Shown here: one piece after another, positions 55,945-62,386 of the stretch
Layout: each line of letters starts with the position of its first letter
Position numbering within the stretch: the first letter of the stretch is position 1
Source: a virus
Virus record (IMG/VR): IMGVR_UViG_3300028920_002946
Span: 118,678 to 182,677 of that record
Length of the DNA stretch: 64,000 nucleotides
Reading direction: 5' to 3' (one strand)
Position numbers and translations under genes: made by a program
The notes under the pieces: model-generated
Told to the model about the DNA's origin: nothing
Database searches by the model: none
The model's input: the letters and a program-made list of their open reading frames with translations, nothing else

Positions 55945-56021
55945 GGGCGGTTAGCTCAGCTGGTTAGAGTACGTGGTCGACATCCACGAGGTCGGGAGTT
56001 CGAATCTCCCACCGCCCACCA
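55945..56021 (+). tRNA. tRNA-Val(GAC) with C33
   Basis: Loop TC-GAC-AT, CCA. Confidence 0.85.
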
Positions 56022-56050
56022 TAGACATTCAGGCTGCTTGATGGTATATT
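56022..56050 (+). promoter_or_regulatory. Promoter TAGACA-17-TATATT
   Basis: Directly after tRNA-Val(GAC). Confidence 0.6.
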
Positions 56051-56058
56051 ACGGGCGT

Positions 56059-56298
56059 ATGAAACCTGAAACCGCCGACACACCGACGAAACCTGAAGCG
56101 GTTAACTACGTGGTCGTGTCATGTTGCGCCTGCAACAAGGTCATGTCGGACGACCGACAATGGTTCGACGGCACCGACCTATTGGCCGTCGTGCCCAAGC
56201 ACTTGGTGAGCCATTCCATCTGCCCTGAGTGCTTCGCCGCGCACTACCCTGAAATGCACGCCCGGTTCTCCAAACAGGGTAAAATACAGGCCGGCTGA
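56059..56298 (+). CDS. Small zinc-binding protein
   Basis: CCACNK...W...SHSICPEC. Confidence 0.6.
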   Translation: MKPETADTPTKPEAVNYVVVSCCACNKVMSDDRQWFDGTDLLAVVPKHLVSHSICPECFAAHYPEMHARFSKQGKIQAG

Positions 56299-56362
56299 CT
56301 CCCTAATAATGCTTTAATCGCCACACCTGCTGTACGGACATCAGCAATCAAGGGGATGCCAC

Positions 56363-56872
56363 ATGCAGGCCAGGACTGCCGCTGCCGTTGTGCGCGCAAT
56401 GGACTCGATAGCCTCATCACTCGAGAAAAAGGGACTCCTCAGGGAAGCCGAGGAACTCGATGCGGCGACCAACGCCGTCCAGCGACACGCGACCGACCCA
56501 AGCCAGAACTCGTTCACTTACGACACGTTGCAGCAATATCCCGACTTGATGAAGGCGATCCCTGGTGAGATTCTGTCGGTCATGAAGGCAATGAAAGATT
56601 CAAGCCTATGGTGGCGCGATGACGGTGCCTCCGTTACATTCGACCAATACACATTGGATTCCTCACAGATCAAGACGCTTGCAGCCGCCGGATCCCTCGT
56701 CAAGATATTTCCGGAAGAACACGATAAGTACGGGGATGGGTATCCCGTGCACGACGGATACACAGCGGAATTCAATGTCAAAAGAACGCCACAATTTGAA
56801 CAAGCAGGCACCGCCGCGCTCCAAGATCTCCTCAGGAAAAAGGAATACAAGGAGTTCGACCCGGCCATATAG
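56363..56872 (+). CDS. Hypothetical protein with conserved N-terminal helix motif
   Basis: MDSIASSLEKKGLLREAEELD shared with 49059-49556. Confidence 0.6.
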   Translation: MQARTAAAVVRAMDSIASSLEKKGLLREAEELDAATNAVQRHATDPSQNSFTYDTLQQYPDLMKAIPGEILSVMKAMKDSSLWWRDDGASVTFDQYTLDSSQIKTLAAAGSLVKIFPEEHDKYGDGYPVHDGYTAEFNVKRTPQFEQAGTAALQDLLRKKEYKEFDPAI

Positions 56873-56881
56873 GTGACAGCA

Positions 56882-57229
56882 ATGGACGATGCCAATAAAG
56901 TAGTGCAAGCATACCTCGCCGGGAAGTCAAAGGAAGCGATGGACTTCTCGTCCATCGCGCCGCTGCTCAAGTCCGAGAAGAAAATGGACGACCGCGAGAT
57001 AGCGCGCGCCCTACGGCTCGCCATAGCCGCGGAACACGACGCGGCCCACCTGTACGAACTCATCGCGGACAGTTGCGAGAACAAGGTTGTCCGCGAACTG
57101 CTTCAGGACATCGCCAACGAGGAAAAGGTCCATGTCGGGGAGCTCCAATGGCTCCTCTCCCACATCGACAGGGACAACGGAAGGCTTCTCCAAGAGGGCG
57201 TGGAGGAGGCGCAGGAAATAGCAGAGTAG
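56882..57229 (+). CDS. Ferritin-like/rubrerythrin-type di-iron protein
   Basis: AIAAEHDAAHLYE and DIANEEKVHVGE ExxH motifs. Confidence 0.8.
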   Translation: MDDANKVVQAYLAGKSKEAMDFSSIAPLLKSEKKMDDREIARALRLAIAAEHDAAHLYELIADSCENKVVRELLQDIANEEKVHVGELQWLLSHIDRDNGRLLQEGVEEAQEIAE

Positions 57230-57288
57230 CACATCCCACATCCAGCATCGACACGATCAATAACGACAACGGCAAACAGGGGAGAGCA

Positions 57289-57543
57289 ATGATGAGGGTC
57301 GTCATTGCCTTGGTTGCGCTCGTGTTCTTTTCATGCGCGCCGAGGTTCACGGTCTACCTCCACAGGGAGGACAAGATGAACACGGACGGCATCGTCGTCC
57401 TGTCCATCGACACGCTTGAGGGGGTGCACAAAGGCAAGAGGGTGGTGTACGTCATTAGAAGGGATCTCGGCAGCATCGGGAGCGCGGTCTACGGCGCGAG
57501 GCAGAGAAAAATACAGCCAGAGGTTGACAGTCTCTCGAGATGA
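57289..57543 (+). CDS. Small lipoprotein candidate
   Basis: Signal peptide ending FFSC. Confidence 0.5.
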   Translation: MMRVVIALVALVFFSCAPRFTVYLHREDKMNTDGIVVLSIDTLEGVHKGKRVVYVIRRDLGSIGSAVYGARQRKIQPEVDSLSR

Positions 57544-57552
57544 GGGTATATT
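57524..57552 (+). promoter_or_regulatory. Promoter of tRNA cluster 3 (TTGACA-17-TATATT)
   Basis: Perfect -35, 17-nt spacer. Confidence 0.85.
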
Positions 57553-57574
57553 TGGTTGCACAAGGAGTGATGTA

Positions 57575-57655
57575 ATGGTCTACACGGCGAACAACCCAAA
57601 CCCCGTCCAGCAACCGCGGAACCGCGTTCCGTCGGGGTTGGTGGTATTGCCGTAA
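57575..57655 (+). CDS. Attenuator leader peptide 3 MVYTANNPNPVQQPRNRVPSGLVVLP
   Basis: AAGGAG RBS; AAC CCA CCC CAG CAA CCG match the downstream tRNAs. Confidence 0.85.
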   Translation: MVYTANNPNPVQQPRNRVPSGLVVLP

Positions 57656-57675
57656 GATCAGGCACCAAAAATACC

Positions 57676-57715
57676 AAAGCCCCGGCGGACGAAAGTTCTC
57701 CGGGGCTTTTTCGTT
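57676..57715 (+). terminator. Intrinsic terminator (attenuator 3)
   Basis: AAAGCCCCGG/CCGGGGCTTT with GAAA apex plus U-tract; 57670-57684 alternatively pairs with 57633-57648. Confidence 0.85.
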
Positions 57716-57735
57716 TGGTTCACCTAGGAAAAGAG

Positions 57736-58140
57736 ATGAACACGAAGGATATAGGCGAACGATCCGAGGCACAAGTATTGGCCACCCTCTTAAAAGGGGG
57801 TAAGACAGTACTGAAACCATTCGGAGATAACCAAAGGTACGACCTCGTGGTCGACGAGGATGGAGAATTCCTGAGAGTTCAGTGTAAGACAGGAGTATTG
57901 AAAAAGGGATCAATATACTTCCCGACTTGCAGTAGTTACGGACACCGAGGAAGAGGGAAGAAAGGCTATAAGAGAGAAGCAGACATCTTTGCCGTCTATT
58001 GTCCTGCTACTGACAAGGTCTACATTATCCCTGTCGAAGAAGCACCCGAAAGGCAGTGTTACCTACGGGTAGAGAAAACGAAGAACTCTCAAGACAAAAG
58101 AATTCGATGGGCCGAGAAATACGAATACACGGGTGCGTAG
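57736..58140 (+). CDS. PD-(D/E)XK endonuclease, I-Ssp6803I-like homing endonuclease family
   Basis: GERSE..PFGDNQRYDLV..RVQCKT..DIFAVY; lower GC; stop inside tRNA-Asn. Confidence 0.75.
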   Translation: MNTKDIGERSEAQVLATLLKGGKTVLKPFGDNQRYDLVVDEDGEFLRVQCKTGVLKKGSIYFPTCSSYGHRGRGKKGYKREADIFAVYCPATDKVYIIPVEEAPERQCYLRVEKTKNSQDKRIRWAEKYEYTGA

Positions 58141-58205
58141 CTCAATGGTAGAGCAAGTGGCTGTTAACCACTGGGTTGGGGGTTCAAGTCCCTCCGTGCC
58201 CGCCA
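58131..58205 (+). tRNA. tRNA-Asn(GTT)
   Basis: Loop CT-GTT-AA, G73, CCA. Confidence 0.92.
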
Positions 58206-58230
58206 AATTCAGACCGGTCGCAAATGGCTC

Positions 58231-58704
58231 ATGAATGGCTCAAACGGCTCATGTTATGAGAGATTGACCGGTGAGAAGTTCGTGACGACCGCAATCTACC
58301 CGAACAGGGAGAGGGACAGGCGCGAACTGGAGCGGCTGTCCGACCTCAAGGAGGGCGGCGACGCCTCGATGCTCTTTCACAGCAGGAACGGTACGCTTCT
58401 GGCCCGGGGGTACGCCCGGGTGGTGTACGGAGACCACGGCCCCTACGTCGAGATGTTCAGGGATCAGGTGGAGTGGGCGGCGTGGGAACTCGAACGGTCG
58501 GACATCGGATACTACAACAAGTGGTGGACGAAGGACGGGACCCGCGTCATGCTGTACGAACAGAGGAAGACGGTTGCCGACCTGCCCAACCCGCCCGCCG
58601 GCAAGCGGTCGCACAGGGGGAACAGGAAGGAAGGATACGCTGACTACCGGATAGGAAGACTGTATTTGGATCCTTACGAGGTGGTCATGAAACACGGAGT
58701 GTAG
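58231..58704 (+). CDS. Hypothetical protein
   Basis: VYGDHGPYVE; stop inside tRNA-Pro(TGG). Confidence 0.55.
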   Translation: MNGSNGSCYERLTGEKFVTTAIYPNRERDRRELERLSDLKEGGDASMLFHSRNGTLLARGYARVVYGDHGPYVEMFRDQVEWAAWELERSDIGYYNKWWTKDGTRVMLYEQRKTVADLPNPPAGKRSHRGNRKEGYADYRIGRLYLDPYEVVMKHGV

Positions 58705-58772
58705 CGAAGCCTGGTTATCGCACAAGCTTTGGGAGCTTGGGATCGTCCGTTCAAATCGGACCGCTCCGACCA
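58695..58772 (+). tRNA. tRNA-Pro(TGG)
   Basis: C1, loop TT-TGG-GA, A73, CCA. Confidence 0.9.
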
Positions 58773-58779
58773 GATTTGA

Positions 58780-58855
58780 TGGGGCGTGGCTCAGTTGGTA
58801 GAGCGGCTGACTCTGGATCAGCAGGTCGGAGGTTCGAGCCCTCCCGTCCCAGCCA
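58780..58855 (+). tRNA. tRNA-Gln(CTG)
   Basis: U1-A72, loop CT-CTG-GA, G73, CCA. Confidence 0.92.
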
Positions 58856-58934
58856 GTTTCACCCCCCGGGGTGCGGCCTGTAGCGGGCCGCGCGGCCACA
58901 CGGCGGAAATCAGGCTCCGCCACGGGAGACCAAT

Positions 58935-59009
58935 TGGGGTGTAGCTCAGTGGTAGAGCGGCGGCCTTTGGAGCCGCGCGTCGGGCGTTCGAACCGCCCCA
59001 CCCCAGCCA
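58935..59009 (+). tRNA. tRNA-Gln(TTG)
   Basis: U1-A72, loop CT-TTG-GA, G73, CCA. Confidence 0.92.
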
Positions 59010-59020
59010 TGGAGGAAGTA

Positions 59021-59278
59021 GTGTCAAAGAAAATAGGCAAGGACTCAACGATTGAAGAGGCGATAGCCTATGCCTTTGATCTTGACGGTAGGATGAAGTG
59101 CACGGACTTCAACGGTGTCGCCCACATCATCCATCTGGACGGGTCGACGTTCACGATCAAAAACGCGATCATCAAGAGGTACGGGAGGTTCGTGGTTGTC
59201 TATGCGGAGCACCAGCACCCGATGGTGTGGTTCAAAGACGACCTGTACCGATTCGGATTGACGAAGTACGGAGTGTAG
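59021..59278 (+). CDS. Small hypothetical protein
   Basis: GGAGG RBS + GTG; stop inside tRNA-Pro(CGG). Confidence 0.55.
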   Translation: MSKKIGKDSTIEEAIAYAFDLDGRMKCTDFNGVAHIIHLDGSTFTIKNAIIKRYGRFVVVYAEHQHPMVWFKDDLYRFGLTKYGV

Positions 59279-59345
59279 CTCAGTCTGGTGGAGCGCTGCG
59301 TTCGGGACGCAGAGGTCGCCGGTTCAAATCCGGCCACTCCGACCA
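59269..59345 (+). tRNA. tRNA-Pro(CGG)
   Basis: Loop TT-CGG-GA, CCA. Confidence 0.92.
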
Positions 59346-59373
59346 ATCTTTCACCTGTTTACGATCTTGCGAA

Positions 59374-59450
59374 CGGGAAAGCCCAGTCTGGTCAGAGCAC
59401 TACGTTTAAGGCGTAGGGGGTCGTCAGTTCGAATCTGGCCTACCCGACCA
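59374..59450 (+). pseudogene. Degenerate tRNA, Pro-like body with TAA at the anticodon position
   Basis: Good anticodon and T arms and ACCA end; broken acceptor stem and positions 8-9. Confidence 0.55.
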
Positions 59451-59490
59451 ACTCATGTTGTCCTTTGACAACACTTTCTGTTCAAACAAC

Positions 59491-59519
59491 TTGTAATAAG
59501 TTCCGTTAGGGACTATATT
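59491..59519 (+). promoter_or_regulatory. Promoter TTGTAA-17-TATATT heading the low-GC islet
   Basis: Motif match. Confidence 0.55.
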
Positions 59520-59581
59520 AAGTGGGTAATGATGCGATGCTTATGCACTTCATTCTGTACAAATACTCAAAGGAGAGGGTC

Positions 59582-60145
59582 ATGCATTACCCAACTGTTT
59601 TTGCTGTGTTCTTTCTGCTGCTGGTTGCATGCAATAACAACGATGTGGTGCTCCCGGAAAACTGCACTGAACCAAACGTTGTCGCAGCCTTAGGAACAGG
59701 GTGTAATTCAAGTGCTTCGGAGCTCACGCTTGATTTGGTAGATTCAGCAGAATACTGTGACGCTGAACGTTTGAGATGGACATACGACCAAAACACGTGC
59801 GTGTTACGCTTAGTACACAGCCGCAGCATTCTCAACTGTGCCACCAAGCTTGATGTACGTGCGCGAATTAACAGAGACACAATATTCGTCACCGAATACG
59901 ATGTCCGTTTAGATGATTTACCAAATATTGTAGCCGCTTGTTGTCTGTGCCCGTTTGATACCTACGTAGAAGTGGCAGATGCCCCGTCAGAGGAAATAAT
60001 AGTCGTCCTCTACAGACAACTTTGTATTGGTGCTGGGGAATATAGGGATACCCTCGTGACGCGCACACCACTCGACATTGACACCTCCCCGTCACCATTC
60101 TGTAATGGCTATGTTATACTACAATTAAGGGAAGCGGATGGGTAG
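59582..60145 (+). CDS. Cys-rich lipoprotein (low GC)
   Basis: Lipobox LLVAC. Confidence 0.65.
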   Translation: MHYPTVFAVFFLLLVACNNNDVVLPENCTEPNVVAALGTGCNSSASELTLDLVDSAEYCDAERLRWTYDQNTCVLRLVHSRSILNCATKLDVRARINRDTIFVTEYDVRLDDLPNIVAACCLCPFDTYVEVADAPSEEIIVVLYRQLCIGAGEYRDTLVTRTPLDIDTSPSPFCNGYVILQLREADG

Positions 60146-60232
60146 CAGTTGGCAGATATGATCAAGGAATCTCAAAGCGTAAGGCAAATGGTAACGGAAA
60201 ATCATCGAGATTCTTGAAGAAAGAAGATAAAG

Positions 60233-60667
60233 ATGCCTTGTGCGACACATCTACAGATGGTAGATGAAAACTCGTGTTCATACACGAGCACAATTTATGA
60301 CCTCAAGCACTACATAGAAACTGTCGGTTTCAAGGTGGACCTTCATGCAGCCATTGGGTGTAGGTCTAAACCGTTTGACAGTACTTCTAAAAAGTATGTC
60401 AGTGGAAGGACCTATTACGATCACGATGAGCCATTCCAACGTTTGGTACAAATAGACGAGCCCTGCGTTATATGCGCTGTTATGACGATTGCGCATGAAG
60501 GGGGACACGCACTCCATTATGTGCAAAGCAACAAAGAAAACCAACCTCCTTGTGAGGAAAGAGAACGTAGAGCGTACAGATTGGGGTGGAAGATACTTAA
60601 GGCACTCTCAGTAAGTTTCATTACGAGAGAAATGTGGAAGGAACACCACGAATTGTTAGTCGGGTAG
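60233..60667 (+). CDS. HExxH metallopeptidase-like protein (ImmA/IrrE-like)
   Basis: TIAHEGGH...EERRA; low GC. Confidence 0.55.
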   Translation: MPCATHLQMVDENSCSYTSTIYDLKHYIETVGFKVDLHAAIGCRSKPFDSTSKKYVSGRTYYDHDEPFQRLVQIDEPCVICAVMTIAHEGGHALHYVQSNKENQPPCEERERRAYRLGWKILKALSVSFITREMWKEHHELLVG

Positions 60668-60740
60668 TAGCTTAGCTTGGTAGAGCATTTGACTTTGGGA
60701 GCCAGAGATTTCGTCCGTTCAAATCCGGCCACTCCGACCA
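60661..60740 (+). pseudogene. Degenerate/chimeric tRNA-Pro(TGG)
   Basis: TTTGGGA loop; mismatched stems; last 25 nt identical to the tRNA-Pro(CGG) 3' end. Confidence 0.55.
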
Positions 60741-60745
60741 AATTT

Positions 60746-60822
60746 CGGGGCGTAGCGCAGCCTGGTAGCGCACGTGAATGGGGTTCACGTGGTCGCTGGT
60801 TCAAATCCAGTCGCCCCGACCA
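60746..60822 (+). tRNA. tRNA-Pro(GGG)
   Basis: Loop AT-GGG-GT, A73, CCA. Confidence 0.9.
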
Positions 60823-60840
60823 ATTCACCGGAGGCATGAG

Positions 60841-61107
60841 ATGGTCTGGTACGTCTACATGCTCAGGTGCTCCAAGGGCGCCCTCTACACGGGCATCACG
60901 ACCAACGTCGAGGTGCGCCTCCAGACCCACAACTCGGGGCGCGGCTCGAAGGCCCTCAAAGCCCTCGGCCTGCCCGCGCGTCTCGCCTATTTGGAGAAAC
61001 GACCTTCCAAGTCGGACGCACTCAAACGCGAGGCGGCCTTGAAAAAGTTACCGAAATCGGAAAAGGAGACCCTCTCCGCCAATTTCCGAAGGTCCGCTTC
61101 GTTTTGA
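60841..61107 (+). CDS. GIY-YIG nuclease (YhbQ/UPF0213-like)
   Basis: WYVYMLRC..LYTGITT..RL..HN.G.G..ALKREAALKKL. Confidence 0.9.
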   Translation: MVWYVYMLRCSKGALYTGITTNVEVRLQTHNSGRGSKALKALGLPARLAYLEKRPSKSDALKREAALKKLPKSEKETLSANFRRSASF

Positions 61108-61108
61108 A

Positions 61109-61121
61109 TAATCTCTGCATA
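61109..61121 (+). promoter_or_regulatory. Putative late promoter motif TAATCTCTGCATA
   Basis: Variant of the 34374 motif. Confidence 0.4.
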
Positions 61122-61152
61122 CACAGCCCCCAATGTAAGTTATCGCGAGGGG

Positions 61153-61503
61153 TTGGATAAGGTGAAATACTACATGCCTGTCTTGTTCTTCGTCGCCGTG
61201 GGGTTGTGGCTGTCCTGCGGCTCGTCCATCAAGAGTAGCGTAAACATACAGAAATCAATCATCCCCGCCGCCGAGGCGGCGATGTACACCCCGAGCCGGG
61301 AACCCGAACCCCGAATCGAACCCTCCGTGTTTACCGACACCGGCGGCATCTCAATCAACCGCAGGGAGAAACGCGCACCCCATGCCGGACTCCCGCCGAA
61401 ACCCCTGATCGAGTGCCGCAGCATCCTCGACACCGTCTCCGTCCTCAACAGGGCCTCCTATGTCCTGATAAAGGAGACGAAAGAGGAACTTTCGGAGCCG
61501 TAA
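61153..61503 (+). CDS. Lipoprotein candidate
   Basis: Hydrophobic signal ending WLSC. Confidence 0.5.
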   Translation: MDKVKYYMPVLFFVAVGLWLSCGSSIKSSVNIQKSIIPAAEAAMYTPSREPEPRIEPSVFTDTGGISINRREKRAPHAGLPPKPLIECRSILDTVSVLNRASYVLIKETKEELSEP

Positions 61504-61563
61504 GTTTACGGCATCGGTTCTCCCAAAGTATATTATGATGTCACCCCTCCAAGGGATTCCGTC

Positions 61564-62187
61564 ATGGACTTGAAGGAAGCCTCCCTGGTTATGTGCCACC
61601 TTCTCATGCACGAGAAGGATGTCAAGGACGCACGCGAGGCCGCCGAAAAAGACTCGCCGGACAGCACCTTGGATCCCGACACCGAGGCCGAATTCGAGGA
61701 GAGGCTGCGCGAGGCCACAGCGGGCATCGCCGAATTCGGAAACCGCCTCGCCGCCATCCCCGCCTTTTTCGATGTCATGGAGTCGTGGCTCGTCACGGTC
61801 GTCGGCAGGCAGGGCGTGTCCGAGGAAACCATGAACGAGGCCGTGGAAACCAACGATCGGGACACCATGATAGAGCGCACCGGCGCCTTGGCCGCGTCCG
61901 TCCGCGACTATCTCAGATCCCAGGGATTCATCATACGAGACATGGGGGCTGGCGAGGACGGGTGGGACATGTGCGTCAGATGCGCCGAGAAGAAGTCCCG
62001 CACCCTCTGCTTCGACCTTCACCAACGGTTCGCGGACGCCATCAGGTTGAAGCTGATGCACGTTTCAAGGAGATTCGGCGGCCACTATCTGCCGGGCATC
62101 TACACATGGCGCGACGCCCAAAGGCTCCTCAAGGGGTTCGGCGACGGCCGCAACGGTCAGGAGGAAGCGGATGATCGAGGATCGTGA
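61564..62187 (+). CDS. Hypothetical protein
   Basis: TATATT promoter at 61529. Confidence 0.6.
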   Translation: MDLKEASLVMCHLLMHEKDVKDAREAAEKDSPDSTLDPDTEAEFEERLREATAGIAEFGNRLAAIPAFFDVMESWLVTVVGRQGVSEETMNEAVETNDRDTMIERTGALAASVRDYLRSQGFIIRDMGAGEDGWDMCVRCAEKKSRTLCFDLHQRFADAIRLKLMHVSRRFGGHYLPGIYTWRDAQRLLKGFGDGRNGQEEADDRGS

Positions 62188-62386
62188 CCTGGACATAATA
62201 TCGACCATGTCGGACATCATATCGGCGGTGACTGACGCCGCCCGGGAGGGGGTCGTCGACCGAGTCGTCGCCACCCAGCATGTGTCGATGTACTTGAAGG
62301 AAGCGGCGAAGTGCATTGATCGGGGGGCGGCCGGCGGCGAGAAAACTCGCAAGGGGGTGCCGGATGGATCAGACTCCGCAGGATGA
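62171..62386 (+). CDS. Small hypothetical protein
   Basis: GGAGG RBS. Confidence 0.45.
   Translation: MIEDRDLDIISTMSDIISAVTDAAREGVVDRVVATQHVSMYLKEAAKCIDRGAAGGEKTRKGVPDGSDSAG

Noticed and set aside
58856-58932. Two hairpins ending in ACCA between the Gln tRNAs
   Set aside because: No acceptable acceptor stem or T-loop; at most a decayed tRNA remnant.
59374-59450. Functional tRNA-Leu(TAA)
   Set aside because: Short variable arm, Pro-like body and broken acceptor/D stems; treated as a pseudo-tRNA.
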